Origin: Candidatus Cloacimonadota bacterium
GTDB taxonomy: Bacteria > Cloacimonadota > Cloacimonadia > JGIOTU-2
DNA: 64,000 nt
NCBI GenBank assembly: GCA_049903315.1
Contig: JBNGBT010000003.1
Coordinates: 1 to 64,000, forward strand
Direction: 5' to 3'
Of the stretch, positions 29,148 through 40,202 are shown one piece after another. Position numbers and translations under genes: made by a program. Below the pieces are notes generated by a model, which was not told where the DNA came from, made no database searches, and saw nothing but the letters and a program-made list of their open reading frames with translations. How positions within the stretch are numbered: the first letter of the stretch is position 1; each line of letters opens with the position of its first letter.

Positions 29148-29666
29148 TTACTTATCCCACTTTGGATGCTTTGCGGGAGGAACCTGAGGTTTAGATTTGT
29201 GTAATGTTTTAATTTTTGCGATCTGATCTTCAGTAAGAACAGAGGTTATCTTCTCTTTTAAAGTAATACGTTCTTTCGCAAGAGTTGCCTTCTTCAGATA
29301 AATTTGGTCAATGATCTTACGCGCTTCTTTGTAGTTAGAATCTTCCAAGGCATTTTTCTCATCGATCTGAAGCTTATCAATGTCTGCATTCAGGTCGATA
29401 GATACTTTGCGGGAGTCGTCCTGATAACCATCGATCTTATCGATCTGGTCATCGGTGAGTTCGAGCTCTTCAGCCATCCAGAAAGGGAATCCCATGTGTT
29501 GACCTTTTCCGCCAGGTCCCTGTTTCATCGTTTCATGACCTTGTGGAGAATGCTTTTGCATCATCATATTCATTTTTCCTTGGGGATTTGGCATGTCCGA
29601 AGTTTGTGCCAGTAATGGCGTTGCGAACAATCCTAATAGTATTACGAGGACAAGATATTTTTTCAT
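29148..29666 (-). CDS. Secreted Spy/CpxP-like (LTxxQ) periplasmic protein
   Basis: Signal peptide MKKYLVLV..LLAQ, Met/Gly/His-rich linker, LTDDQ and LTEDQ motifs; GGAGG RBS. Confidence 0.8.
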   Translation of the reverse strand: MKKYLVLVILLGLFATPLLAQTSDMPNPQGKMNMMMQKHSPQGHETMKQGPGGKGQHMGFPFWMAEELELTDDQIDKIDGYQDDSRKVSIDLNADIDKLQIDEKNALEDSNYKEARKIIDQIYLKKATLAKERITLKEKITSVLTEDQIAKIKTLHKSKPQVPPAKHPKWDK

Positions 29667-29965
29667 GTGTACCTCCATGATTTTATTTTTTCACATATTT
29701 GCCTGTTATGATAATGGAGGATGAAAAAGGTTTAAAAATTTCACGCGTGAAGAAAAAATTGACACCCATTTCATCATTTTCATTAATACATTTTAAGGAA
29801 AAATATGAAGGCAAATGTTTACGATTTGGATTTTGTGACCGGAGGAATCCCGTTCATCCGGCTTAGGATGATTTATTATATTATGAACATTATAGTAGAG
29901 TGTTTATTTAACAAGAGATGCCAGGAAATCGAATAGAGCATGAGCTATTTATACGGAGAGAAGCA

Positions 29966-32479
29966 ATGAAAAAGATATTTATTCTTATGATACTATTATT
30001 TATTACACTCGCATTTCTTCCGGCAGATGACTTTATCACTTACACCGAAATCTTTACTCATTTAGGACCTGAAGGAGGTGATCCCGAGTATGTCTTTGCC
30101 GAATTTATCGAGGATTGGAGTCTCCATTCTGTTTCTCAAAAATTCAACTATGGAACAAAAGAATTTTTCGAACCGATTATATATTTTGATTCCGGAGAAT
30201 ATCACTTTGATTGCCCCAAAATCTATAATGATAAAGAATACAAAATAAAATTATTCAAGAACAGATTCAATAGGAAAAAAGCCAAACCAAGACCCTATAT
30301 CCCAAATCCGAATCCTCAAACCATCATTGTCGATATCAACGGCACAGGAGACTACTTGAGTATTCAGGAAGGAATCAATAATGCATCAGATGATGATATA
30401 GTACTTGTCTGTCCTGGCACCTATTATGAGAATATAGACTACAGCGGAAAGAATATTACGGTAGCCAGCAAGTACTACACAACAGGAGATGAATCATATA
30501 TAAATAAAACGATTATCGATGGAAATAATAATGGAAGTTGTGTTATCGTAAAGGATGGTGGAGATGAGGCGACTATTTGGGGATTTACCCTTCAGCACGG
30601 AAGTGGGTATGATACAAGCTATTATACATACGGAGGTGGGATATATATTGGTTATGGAGATGATATTATCGACACATTCAACATACTTAATTGTAATATC
30701 CATGATAATACCGCAGAAAACGGAGGAGGTATTTTTGTGAATGATTGTTTGGAACTAAATATTTCCGGGACTAACATTATACATAATTTTGCTCACTTTG
30801 GAGGAGGAGGTATCGGAAAGGGGGGTAGCAATATCAATGTTATTTTTTCACATGATGAACCCTGTAATATATATATGAATTATGCTCCAATAGGGAGTGA
30901 TGTTTATAATCATGTAGGGAATATGACGGTATATGTCGATACCTTTACTGTCCAGGAACCTGATAAATTCTATGCTTACTCACGAAATGGAAATATTACA
31001 ATAACAGTCAATAATCACAAGATCGAGCAAATCAATCAGGATATTTATGTATCTCCTGACGGTAATAATGCAAACAACGGATTGAATTGGAATAACGCAT
31101 TTATTAATATCTATTATGCACTCATTATGGTAAAATCGGATAGTACACATAAGAATACTATTTATGTAGATGAGGGAAACTATTCACCATCCTTAACTGG
31201 TGAATTTTTTGCATTGGGTGGGAAGGATTATATATCAATAATTGGTGTCGATGACAATTTATCTATTCTTGATGCGGAACAGAAATCCAACTTATTTGAA
31301 ATAAAAAATGTTACAGATTTGTTAGTAAGGAATTTAACATTAAAAAATGGACAAGATCCCTATGATGGAGGAATAAGCATCGAATCAAATTCTTCAACTA
31401 AATTTGAAAATATAATATTAAAAGATAATAACTGTAACCATGGTGTAACTAACATACACCTACATGCAGATTGTATCACTACATTCAACAATGTTGAAGT
31501 CATTTCACATGAGGGTGTAAATGGAGTTGCGATGAGAGGTGGTACAAACATATCCATAATGCTAAATAATTGTAAGATATCTGGAAATAAAGTAAATCCT
31601 GATGAATATAATTTTGGGGCATGTTCATTCATTAACAATTGCTCGCCTATTTTTATCAATACAATAATTTCAGGAAATGGTGCACCTATTTCAAGTGGTG
31701 TATCTGTTACATGGGGATTTGAAGAAATGTATATTATAAATTCAACGATTGTTGATAATAAAGACTGTTCTGAGGGAACAATACGGTTAGTTGATGATAG
31801 CCATATAACCTTAATTAATACAATACTCAGGAATGAACCTGAAGCAGAGATATGGTTTCATCCAACAGGGGAGCCAAACTCTGCTTCTATTGAGTACTGC
31901 AATATCGATGGCGGTATCAACGCAATTAATACCAATAATAATGGTAACTTATATTGGGGAGACGGCAATATAGACGAAGATCCACTCTTTATTGGAGGAG
32001 ATCCATATAGTTATGAATTAATGAAATATTCTCCCTGCATCGACGCAGGCACACCGGACACAACGGGATTACATCTTCCGGCAATGGACTTGGCGGGAAA
32101 TCCGAGAATATTCAACGGGAGAATAGATATCGGTGCGTACGAGTGCCAGGATACTATCAGTGTGGATGAACCAGATACGACTTTTATTCACAATCTGTAT
32201 CTTTTCCAGAATACGCCAAATCCTTTCAAGGATGAGACGGAAATATTATTCATTACCGCGGATTATGCAAGAGTTGAAGATTACTCACTTTCCATATACA
32301 ACACCAAAGGACAGCTTTTGAGAAGGTTCGACGGAACAACCAATAATTTCTGGATTAAAACAAAAATCATCTGGGACGGTACGGATGAACAAGGTAAACA
32401 TGTTGCTCCAGGAACATATTTATACAAATTGGAGTACAACGGGCATGCGGTTGTGAGGAAGATGGTTCTACTCCGCTAA
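29966..32479 (+). CDS. Secreted right-handed beta-helix (pectin-lyase-like/DUF1565) protein with choice-of-anchor-Q-like and C-terminal FlgD-Ig/CTD domains
   Basis: Signal peptide; DYLSIQEGI..PGTYYENI; repeated GGGI/N motifs; IYVSPDGNNAN; SPCIDAG..DLAGNPRI..IDIGAYE; QNTPNPF..IYNTKGQ..WDGTDE.G..VAPGTYLY. Confidence 0.82.
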   Translation: MKKIFILMILLFITLAFLPADDFITYTEIFTHLGPEGGDPEYVFAEFIEDWSLHSVSQKFNYGTKEFFEPIIYFDSGEYHFDCPKIYNDKEYKIKLFKNRFNRKKAKPRPYIPNPNPQTIIVDINGTGDYLSIQEGINNASDDDIVLVCPGTYYENIDYSGKNITVASKYYTTGDESYINKTIIDGNNNGSCVIVKDGGDEATIWGFTLQHGSGYDTSYYTYGGGIYIGYGDDIIDTFNILNCNIHDNTAENGGGIFVNDCLELNISGTNIIHNFAHFGGGGIGKGGSNINVIFSHDEPCNIYMNYAPIGSDVYNHVGNMTVYVDTFTVQEPDKFYAYSRNGNITITVNNHKIEQINQDIYVSPDGNNANNGLNWNNAFINIYYALIMVKSDSTHKNTIYVDEGNYSPSLTGEFFALGGKDYISIIGVDDNLSILDAEQKSNLFEIKNVTDLLVRNLTLKNGQDPYDGGISIESNSSTKFENIILKDNNCNHGVTNIHLHADCITTFNNVEVISHEGVNGVAMRGGTNISIMLNNCKISGNKVNPDEYNFGACSFINNCSPIFINTIISGNGAPISSGVSVTWGFEEMYIINSTIVDNKDCSEGTIRLVDDSHITLINTILRNEPEAEIWFHPTGEPNSASIEYCNIDGGINAINTNNNGNLYWGDGNIDEDPLFIGGDPYSYELMKYSPCIDAGTPDTTGLHLPAMDLAGNPRIFNGRIDIGAYECQDTISVDEPDTTFIHNLYLFQNTPNPFKDETEILFITADYARVEDYSLSIYNTKGQLLRRFDGTTNNFWIKTKIIWDGTDEQGKHVAPGTYLYKLEYNGHAVVRKMVLLR

Positions 32480-32900
32480 CGCTTCGCAATGAAAAATGTA
32501 AAATAGAAAGTTTAAAATGGAAAATATAGAGTCGACGACTCCGTCGTCGTATAATCGTAGAGAATGGCGAGTTGAGCATTGTGTATTCACTTCTCGGCGT
32601 TCTTTGCGTTATTTATTTCCTTTGCGCACTTTGCGTGGAATTATTTTTGGAAGTAACACACCCCCCGATTCCTTTGGAATCACCCCTCTCGAGAGGGGAA
32701 TTATTCTTTGTTTTTATAAATCGTTAGAATAAAAACCAGCGCAATTGCCAGCTGGCGGAGGGAGATGTGTAAAAATCTTCCGAACGGTTTCTTTTCGCAG
32801 TGGACGGATAAGTTTAACTTTCGCAATGGTTGTATTTCAAATCTTAAATCGGTGTTTTTCAATCATCATTCAAACTCCGTCATGGAATGGTCCATGACGA
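32470..32900. repeat. Composite repeat-rich intergenic region (7-nt A-rich repeats, CTTTGCG repeats, REP copy 3 at 32656-32702, GTCATGGA/TCCATGAC hairpin at 32879-32898)
   Basis: Direct reading; REP unit matches 16001-16045 and 16121-16173. Confidence 0.6.
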
Positions 32901-32922
32901 CACAGGAAATTATAAAAGAGTT

Positions 32923-34263
32923 CTATTTTTTAGGATTTTTGTCCTCATCCTTTAGTTTCTTCCACCAATCCAGCCGTTTCTTTATTTCCTTTTCAAAGCC
33001 AAATAGTGAAGGAAGATAATACGTTTTTTCATTCATCTTATCCGGGAAATATTTTTGATACGAATACCCATCCTCGAATTCAGGAGAATATTTATAATCT
33101 TTTCCGTAACCGAGTTCTTTCATCAAACCGGTCGGCACATTGCGGATATGATAGGGTACCCCAAGATGGCTTGTTTTTGTGGCATCATCGGCAGCCGATT
33201 TATAGGCAATATAGATTTTATTACTTTTCGGTGCTGTTGCTAGATATATAACAAGTTGAGCGAGTGCAGTATTACATTCCGGCATTCCCAGAAAATGAAC
33301 TGCATCCTTTACAGCAACTGCCTGTACCAGTGCTTGTGGATCGGCAAGTCCCACATCTTCTGAAGCGAAGCGAACTAATCTCCTGACAATGTAAAGCGGA
33401 TTTTCTCCAGCTTCCAGCATGCGAGCCAGCCAGTAAAGCCCTGCCTGCGGATCGCTTCCTCTCAAAGATTTATGCAAAGCCGAAATAATATTATAGTGCT
33501 CTTCTCGATCCTTATCATAAAAGAGGTTATTCCTCTCCAACAGCTTTTTTATTGATTCGACAGAAAGTTTCTCTTTCTGTTTGCCGTATGCCTTGATGAT
33601 GAGTTCAATTGAGTTCAACGCAACACGTGCATCTCCGCAAGAATAATCCGCAAGAAAGTGAAGTATCTTGTCGTCGAACATTTTTTCATATTGTTGGATT
33701 TCGCTATGAGGGTGTATAAAACACCTTTTTATGATCGTATAAACGTCCTCTTCATCGAGCATCTGGAGCACAATGACTTTGCATCGTGAGAGTAGTGGAG
33801 CAATTACTTCAAAAGATGGATTTTCGGTCGTTGCGCCGATAAGGACAATTACTCCCTTTTCGACGAATGGCAGAAATGCATCCTGCTGCGCTTTATTGAA
33901 ACGATGTATCTCATCAATAAAAAGGATGGTCTTTTTATGAAAATTTCGCAGATTGAACTCCGCTTCTTTCATGGCATTGCGCACTTCGAGTATTTTTGAA
34001 AGCACTGCGCTGAAGAAAATAAAGTTGGCTTGTGTCTTGTTTGCAATGATCCTTGCAAGGGTTGTTTTGCCTGTTCCGGGTGGACCCCAGAATATGAGTG
34101 AAGTCAGCTCATTATTCTCAATAATATTTCTGAGGATTGTGTCCTTTTCCAGAATTTTATGCTGACCAACAAATTCATCAAGGGTCTGCGGACGGACGCG
34201 CTCAGCCAGGGGCATGTCTTTATAATCGATCAATTTATCAGAATTGAAAAGCTCTTTATTCAT
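32923..34263 (-). CDS. rarA: Replication-associated recombination protein A (RarA/MgsA)
   Basis: [58 protein letters not shown]. Confidence 0.96.
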   Translation of the reverse strand: MNKELFNSDKLIDYKDMPLAERVRPQTLDEFVGQHKILEKDTILRNIIENNELTSLIFWGPPGTGKTTLARIIANKTQANFIFFSAVLSKILEVRNAMKEAEFNLRNFHKKTILFIDEIHRFNKAQQDAFLPFVEKGVIVLIGATTENPSFEVIAPLLSRCKVIVLQMLDEEDVYTIIKRCFIHPHSEIQQYEKMFDDKILHFLADYSCGDARVALNSIELIIKAYGKQKEKLSVESIKKLLERNNLFYDKDREEHYNIISALHKSLRGSDPQAGLYWLARMLEAGENPLYIVRRLVRFASEDVGLADPQALVQAVAVKDAVHFLGMPECNTALAQLVIYLATAPKSNKIYIAYKSAADDATKTSHLGVPYHIRNVPTGLMKELGYGKDYKYSPEFEDGYSYQKYFPDKMNEKTYYLPSLFGFEKEIKKRLDWWKKLKDEDKNPKK

Positions 34264-35033
34264 TTTTTTACAAACTCTCTTTGATAGAGATAGTAATTGC
34301 CTTGAGCAAAACTTGTAAGTTTTTCATTATTCAAAAAGGCATCAAGCTCATTTTTGGGGACGACCGCCACTTCTTCATGTTCATATCCATCATGAGCAGT
34401 TTTGATCTTCTCGACAACTTCTTTCGCTGATAAAAATGTTTTCGTATAAAATACCAGCTCCGGTTTGAAGTGAGTGGTATCACGTATCAAACCAAGACAC
34501 ACACAAATTTCGATATACCCATTTGTGAGAGCCCCTTCTTCAAATAATTCTTTATTTAAGACTTCGAAGGCAGAAAGAGTTCGGGTTTCGTTCTTTTCAA
34601 TCGAGAACTGCCCTGCAATCAGATGCCATAATCTTTCTCCAAAATATACATTCGAACTCCGTTTTACAAAGACAAAATTACCATCGATTGTTTCCAATAA
34701 TGTGCACAGTGCGAGGGCATTTGATAGAGAAGATATTCCGTATTTGGCGGCAAGTTCAGGATGATAAAAGTTAGTCCCCATCAGCTGTTTGAAGTTGGTT
34801 TCGGACACATATACCATGAGATGATCTTCCAAAATTTCGTAATTTTCAAGACGGTAAATGGGTCCGTTGAAAAGGAGTTTGTTTTTCTCTTTGGCAACCT
34901 TCAATTCTTGTTTCCAATGCCTTTCTATGAGCGCAGAAGTCTTTTCGTCATAGGAAAGAGTACAATTAGTGTGTACGATCTTTAGCTTGTTTTCCGGGAA
35001 TAATCCCGAAGCTAAGATTTCAAAAGGTTTCAT
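34260..35033 (-). CDS. Nudix-fold hypothetical protein (NUDT22-like)
   Basis: LFNGPIYRL, FVFVKRS, degenerate Nudix box (KELFEEG), KPELVF. Confidence 0.55.
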   Translation of the reverse strand: MKPFEILASGLFPENKLKIVHTNCTLSYDEKTSALIERHWKQELKVAKEKNKLLFNGPIYRLENYEILEDHLMVYVSETNFKQLMGTNFYHPELAAKYGISSLSNALALCTLLETIDGNFVFVKRSSNVYFGERLWHLIAGQFSIEKNETRTLSAFEVLNKELFEEGALTNGYIEICVCLGLIRDTTHFKPELVFYTKTFLSAKEVVEKIKTAHDGYEHEEVAVVPKNELDAFLNNEKLTSFAQGNYYLYQREFVKK

Positions 35034-35072
35034 GTGCCGGTTTAGAAATATTGGAGAGCACAGCGCGTCGAT

Positions 35073-36506
35073 TTATAGATGTTCTTTCCGCAGTCTGCTG
35101 GCAGGAATGCCGATTTGATTTCTGTATTTTGTGATTGCACGAAGTGATACTTCGATTCCCTGCTCGTTTAAAATATTTACAATTTTCTGATCGCTGAGCG
35201 GTTTTTTCTTGTTCTCGGCATCGACGATTTTCTGAATTTCTTTTTTGATGAGCTGTGATGAGAGATCGCCGACCTTGCTCGTGAAAAACCATTTCATAAG
35301 ATATACGCCGAGAGGGGTTTCAATATAATAATTATTCACAACCCTGCAGATGGTAGAAACATCGCGTTTGATCTTTTTTGCGACATCCTCATAGGTCATT
35401 GGCTGGAGCTCTTTTTTCCCTTCCCGGAAGAAAGAAGATTGTTGGTGAATAAGCTCATCAGTTATCTTAAGAAGCGTCTCCCGTCTCATCCACAATGCCT
35501 TCACAAAATTCTCCGCAGCAAGGAGCTTTGATCGCACATATTTCACTGCGCCTTTCTTATCCACACTCTGCGCAAGTATCCGCTGTGCATACTCTTTATT
35601 GACCGTTATCTCCGGGATATATGTGTCATTCACAATGATCTCGAGATCGCCGTCGATCTCTTTTACGATGATATCCGGTTTAATGTATGATAAAGTCCCA
35701 TTCGTTATCCGGCTGCCGGGTTTGGGGTCAAGGTGGCGGATAATATTTTTGATGGCAACCAGCTCTTCGAGAGCAATATTGTATTTCTTTGTCAGCATAT
35801 CCAGACGGTGATTCTGTAAGATATCAAGATCCTTTTCAATAATAGAAGTAATGACCGGATGGTTTGCAGTTTCCTCGTCGAGCTGTGCAAGCAGGCACTC
35901 CGAAAGATTTCGTGCTCCCATTCCTCGCGGATAGATACCCATTATCATGCGATGTATCTGTTCCGCTCGTACTTCAGTAAGTTCGTGGGATGTATATAAT
36001 TCTTCAAAGGGTGCGTCGAGGTAGCCGTTTGTATCAAGGTTATTGAGAATGGAATCTGCAAATTCATGTTCGGTCGAGTTAAGCGGTAACTCTCTCACCT
36101 GCTGGAGAAAGTGGTCCCAGATATTTTCTTTTGAAGTTTCATACTCCTCATTTTCTGGAGAAGGTCTGGATCTATCTTGTCGTTCATACCCGAACTGGTC
36201 ATTGGTCACTTCACCTATATCATTGATGATCTTGTTTAGTTGCAGTATCTGGTCTGCAAGGTCTCCCTCATCATCATTATATTGATATTCCTCCATCTCA
36301 TCCGCGACTTCAGGAGTATCATATTGCCCTTCATCTGAACTGAGATCCTGCAGGAAAGGATTAATGCGGAGTTCCTTTTTAAGCACCATTTCCAGTTCCT
36401 GGATGGGCTTCTGGATCAACTCAGCAGTGATAAGCATCTGCGGTGAGAGCTTAAGCTTCTGCTGCATCAGTTGCGAGGTTCTTACTCCGACTTTCATCCT
36501 GTTCAT
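35073..36506 (-). CDS. rpoN: RNA polymerase sigma-54 factor (divergent RpoN box)
   Basis: Gln/Leu-rich region I, NPFL, LDTNGYL, GARNLSECLLAQL, LDPKPG, PLSDQKI, TKYRNQIGIP. Confidence 0.92.
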   Translation of the reverse strand: MNRMKVGVRTSQLMQQKLKLSPQMLITAELIQKPIQELEMVLKKELRINPFLQDLSSDEGQYDTPEVADEMEEYQYNDDEGDLADQILQLNKIINDIGEVTNDQFGYERQDRSRPSPENEEYETSKENIWDHFLQQVRELPLNSTEHEFADSILNNLDTNGYLDAPFEELYTSHELTEVRAEQIHRMIMGIYPRGMGARNLSECLLAQLDEETANHPVITSIIEKDLDILQNHRLDMLTKKYNIALEELVAIKNIIRHLDPKPGSRITNGTLSYIKPDIIVKEIDGDLEIIVNDTYIPEITVNKEYAQRILAQSVDKKGAVKYVRSKLLAAENFVKALWMRRETLLKITDELIHQQSSFFREGKKELQPMTYEDVAKKIKRDVSTICRVVNNYYIETPLGVYLMKWFFTSKVGDLSSQLIKKEIQKIVDAENKKKPLSDQKIVNILNEQGIEVSLRAITKYRNQIGIPASRLRKEHL

Positions 36507-36662
36507 AACTCTTATTTGAGAATTAAATATGTGGTTGTCAATAATTATTTTTGGGAAGATTTTTTAGCAGTCAGTGAGAATAGAAAAAAGGATTATTCAA
36601 CTCAAGTCCTTTACTCTAACTTGATTTTTGTTCTATTGTAAAACGATCATTTTCGTGTATGA

Positions 36663-37007
36663 TTAGCATGTCAAATGAAATGCCGCAATGACTTGTTTTT
36701 CCGAATTCTGAAAATCGTTAAAGACATCTATTGCGCTGGATGTATCCTTGCAAACAAGCTTGATGCCTTGTTGATCACAATACTCAATTACTCCTTTATC
36801 AATTTTCATCAAGCCAAACTTCCCTGATCCAATAATAAGTATATCCGGCTTTTCCTTCTGAAGGCAGGGAATGTCTGCAAGAATCAAATGGTGAGAACGC
36901 TTTCTCCACCAATCTGCCAGCACTTCATTTTTATGAATTATCAGGTCATTTGTGTACGGAATTCCGTCTATGACCATCTTTCCAAACTGGTAACTCTCGA
37001 TTCTCAT
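36663..37007 (-). CDS. Mth938-like (DUF498) protein
   Basis: FGKMVIDG..Y..DLII, WWR, LIIGSG, C-terminal FHLTC. Confidence 0.88.
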   Translation of the reverse strand: MRIESYQFGKMVIDGIPYTNDLIIHKNEVLADWWRKRSHHLILADIPCLQKEKPDILIIGSGKFGLMKIDKGVIEYCDQQGIKLVCKDTSSAIDVFNDFQNSEKQVIAAFHLTC

Positions 37008-37128
37008 AATTTTTTTCTGATAGAATGAACATGAATGTCAAGAAAATGCATACAAAATTTGACAAATATATGGGGATAAAAATCTTTATTCTAACCATGC
37101 CAATACAAGGAATAAACAGGGAGCCATA

Positions 37129-37611
37129 ATGGAATTAAAAACGGTGAAATTGACGTTTCCAGAGGAGTGCAATATTATTCTGGGACAGGCCCATTTTATT
37201 AAGACCGTTGAGGACATTTATGAGATCATGGTGAATTCCGTACCGGGCATCAAGTTCGGACTGGCATTCTCAGAAGCATCAGGTCCGTGCCTTATTAGAA
37301 AGGACGGCACTGATAAAGACCTTATTGATATTGCTGTTGAAAACCTGGAGAATATTGCTTCAGGGCACAGCTTCTTCATCGTGATGCAGGATTCATTTCC
37401 TATAAATGTGCTGAACAACCTGAAGCAATGCTTTGAGGTGGTAAATATTTTCTGTGCATCTGCCAATCCTGTAGAGGTTATTGTTGCAGAATCCGAGCAG
37501 GGCAGAGGTATTCTCGGCGTGATTGACGGCTTCTCCCCGAAGGGAGTTGAATCTGATGAGGATATTAAAAAACGAAAAGAATTTCTTAGAATGATAGGAT
37601 ATAAACGCTGA
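37129..37611 (+). CDS. Adenosine-specific kinase family (DUF355) protein
   Basis: ILGQAHFIKTVEDI, FSEASG, ANPVEVIVAE..QGRGILGVIDG. Confidence 0.9.
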   Translation: MELKTVKLTFPEECNIILGQAHFIKTVEDIYEIMVNSVPGIKFGLAFSEASGPCLIRKDGTDKDLIDIAVENLENIASGHSFFIVMQDSFPINVLNNLKQCFEVVNIFCASANPVEVIVAESEQGRGILGVIDGFSPKGVESDEDIKKRKEFLRMIGYKR

Positions 37612-38192
37612 TGAGACTCTTTCTGGCAATAGATTTTCCCGACGAACTTAAAGAACGGCTTGCGCGAAATATCGAGATTTTGAAGGGCTACATACCAAAA
37701 GGAGTCAAATGGGTTGATAAGAAAAATCTGCACGTGACTTTCAAGTTTTTGGGCGACGTGAACGAGCGCATTCTGGAGGACATCTACACATCAGTAGAAG
37801 GCGTTGCAGGTACTCATGCATCCTTTATAATTTCTTTTAAAAATGTCGAAATGATTCCCAATCCGGAGCGTCCGCGCCTTATCTGGTATGATATGAAAGA
37901 CGAGACAGAATCTGCAGCAAAGCTTTTCCAGGATGTTGACATGGCATTGTACGATCTCGGTTTCAGTAAGGAAAAACGCCCCCTGGCTCTGCATACAACA
38001 ATTGGCAGAATTAAATTTGCCCGAAATATCGGATGGGCGAAAATTTCTTCCAACTTGATACCTGTCGATGACATTGTCCAATGTAATGAACTCACATTAT
38101 TCAAAAGTCAGCTCACATCCTCAGGTCCAATATATTCAATTTTAAAAACATTTAAATTAGAGAAAGAAATAAATTACGGAGGTAATATATAA
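37611..38192 (+). CDS. thpR: RNA 2',3'-cyclic phosphodiesterase (2H family)
   Basis: MRLFLAI, two HxT motifs ([16 protein letters not shown]), upstream of recA. Confidence 0.9.
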   Translation: MRLFLAIDFPDELKERLARNIEILKGYIPKGVKWVDKKNLHVTFKFLGDVNERILEDIYTSVEGVAGTHASFIISFKNVEMIPNPERPRLIWYDMKDETESAAKLFQDVDMALYDLGFSKEKRPLALHTTIGRIKFARNIGWAKISSNLIPVDDIVQCNELTLFKSQLTSSGPIYSILKTFKLEKEINYGGNI

Positions 38193-39235
38193 TGAAAAAG
38201 GAAGACTACAAAGAATCCTTAGATACTGCAATGGGTCAGATCCGCAAGAAGTACGGAGAGGGCTCGATCATGCGGCTTGGTGAAGGCACTTTGGTCGATA
38301 TCGAGACCATACCGACAGGAGCCATCAATCTTGATGCTGCTCTTGGCGTGGGTGGAATTCCACGCGGAAGGATCTCAGAAATTTACGGCGAAGAAGCGTC
38401 AGGGAAAACAACACTCGCTTTACATATTGCCGCTGAAGCACAGAAACTTGGCGGCGTGATCGCTTTTATCGATGCAGAACACGCACTTGATCCTTTATAT
38501 GCTCGAAGACTTGGCATCAATACTGATGAAATGCTCATTTCACAACCGGACAATGGAGAACAAGCACTTGAGATCGCAGAAACGCTTGTAAGAAGCAATG
38601 CTGTTGATCTTATCGTCGTGGACTCGGTCGCAGCTCTCGTTCCTCAAACGGAAATTGAAGGAGATATGGGAGATTCCCATGTCGGACTGCAGGCACGTCT
38701 CATGTCGCAGGCGCTGCGCAAACTCACCGGCGTGATCAGCAAATCAAACTGTGCACTTATCTTCATCAACCAAACACGCATGAAGATCGGTGTCACCCCT
38801 TATATGAATCCAAGGACGACCACCGGTGGTGTGGCGCTGAAATTCTATTCCTCAGTACGTATTGAAGTCAAGGCTGGACCCAAGATAAAAAGTGCATCGA
38901 ACGAAATCCTGGGTAATGTGATCTGGGTAAAGATCGTGAAGAATAAGCTTGCTCCTCCTTTCCGTACAGTGCAATTTGATATTATTTATGGCAAAGGCAT
39001 CTCATCACTCGGCATTCTCGTGGACGAGGCAGTGAACGCAAAGATCATCCAGAAGAAGGGCTCGTGGTATTCTTACGAGAACACTCAACTTGGTCAGGGA
39101 AAAGATCAGGCGCAGGACTATCTACGTGAGAATCCAAAGGTAAAGGACCAGATAGAGAAAAAAGTGAAAAAAGCACTCGGTATAGAAACACCTGCCAAAG
39201 ATGAAGTTAACAAGGATAAGCAAGAGAAAAAATAA
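38192..39235 (+). CDS. recA: Recombinase A
   Basis: [52 protein letters not shown]. Confidence 0.98.
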   Translation: MKKEDYKESLDTAMGQIRKKYGEGSIMRLGEGTLVDIETIPTGAINLDAALGVGGIPRGRISEIYGEEASGKTTLALHIAAEAQKLGGVIAFIDAEHALDPLYARRLGINTDEMLISQPDNGEQALEIAETLVRSNAVDLIVVDSVAALVPQTEIEGDMGDSHVGLQARLMSQALRKLTGVISKSNCALIFINQTRMKIGVTPYMNPRTTTGGVALKFYSSVRIEVKAGPKIKSASNEILGNVIWVKIVKNKLAPPFRTVQFDIIYGKGISSLGILVDEAVNAKIIQKKGSWYSYENTQLGQGKDQAQDYLRENPKVKDQIEKKVKKALGIETPAKDEVNKDKQEKK

Positions 39236-39839
39236 ACGCTTATACGATATTTTCATCGATGATGAGTTCGGTTTTTCGGTCTCATCAAAGAACGTATTAC
39301 AAATATTCGGGCTGGAGCAAGGGCGAATCTTCCAGCCCGATGAATTTTATGAACTGCGCAGGAAGATTGAATTCTTTGAAGCAGAATATATTCTGCTGGA
39401 ATTTCTCAAATATCGGTTCCGCTCAAAAAAGGAAATTGTAAGAAAGCTCACAAGTAAGAAAATTTCTCAGCCAACAATTGATTCGCTTATTACTAAATAT
39501 CAGGAAAAGGGTTTTATCAACGATGAAAATTTTGCCGAATCCTATATGCTGGATCTGATTTCACACCATCCGCAAGGGAACTATGCTATTAAACAGAAGT
39601 TAAAGCAAAAGGGGATTTCTAACGAAATCATTCAAAGATTGAGTGAAAAGTATCTTTCTGGCGAAACAGAACATGATATGGCAGAAAGAGAACTCTCAAA
39701 AAGAAAAACAAAATATATGAAATTGGAACCACGCGAGCGAAGAAATAAAGCGCTTGCGTTTTTGCAGAGAAAAGGATTTTCTTATACCTGTGCAAGGGAA
39801 TGTGTCGAGGAAATATTATTTGGTGCTGAGGAAAGTTAG
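39201..39839 (+). CDS. recX: Regulatory protein RecX
   Basis: [32 protein letters not shown]; overlaps the recA end. Confidence 0.9.
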   Translation: MKLTRISKRKNKRLYDIFIDDEFGFSVSSKNVLQIFGLEQGRIFQPDEFYELRRKIEFFEAEYILLEFLKYRFRSKKEIVRKLTSKKISQPTIDSLITKYQEKGFINDENFAESYMLDLISHHPQGNYAIKQKLKQKGISNEIIQRLSEKYLSGETEHDMAERELSKRKTKYMKLEPRERRNKALAFLQRKGFSYTCARECVEEILFGAEES

Positions 39840-39880
39840 AAGCTCATTTGCTGAGATTTTGTTGGAGTGGAAACCTAAAT

Positions 39881-40117
39881 AATTTCTAAATCCTAATTTC
39901 TAATTTCAAATACAATGTCAAAAACCTAAGAATCAAATTAATTCTTACTTCCTTGGTTTAATAGCAATTCTGGGATTCCCTTTTCCGGAGAATTTCATGC
40001 TCTTTTTTATGGCATTGCCCTTCTCACAAATGGAATTCCTATGCTCCCTGAAGAGCATAATTTACCATTTGTCATTTGAAATTTCATTAGATATTAGATA
40101 ATTTGTTATTAGGAATT
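39881..40117. repeat. Third copy of the AAATCCTAATTTCTAAT element with a degenerate inverted right arm
   Basis: 39881-39902 is the exact reverse complement of 16179-16200; right arm ..ATTAGATATTAGATAATTTGTTATTAGGAATT at 40068-40117. Confidence 0.65.
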
Positions 40118-40202
40118 CTTATATTACAGGATGAAACTTGTTTAGAATATTTATATTGAATCCTTAAAATGTCTACTTATCTACTTCGAATCTTACGTTA
40201 AT

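Noticed and set aside
29966..32479. Diversity-generating retroelement target
   Set aside because: No reverse transcriptase or template/variable repeat pair seen.
32367..33019. Short ORFs 32367-32579, 32517-32732 and 32765-33019
   Set aside because: They translate repeat DNA or overlap real genes on the opposite strand.
38192..39235. RecA Walker A variant GEEASGKT; possible intein
   Set aside because: Normal length and all core motifs present; likely lineage variation.
39945..40058. 37-aa minus-strand ORF inside the repeat element
   Set aside because: No Shine-Dalgarno sequence or recognisable motif; this length is expected by chance.
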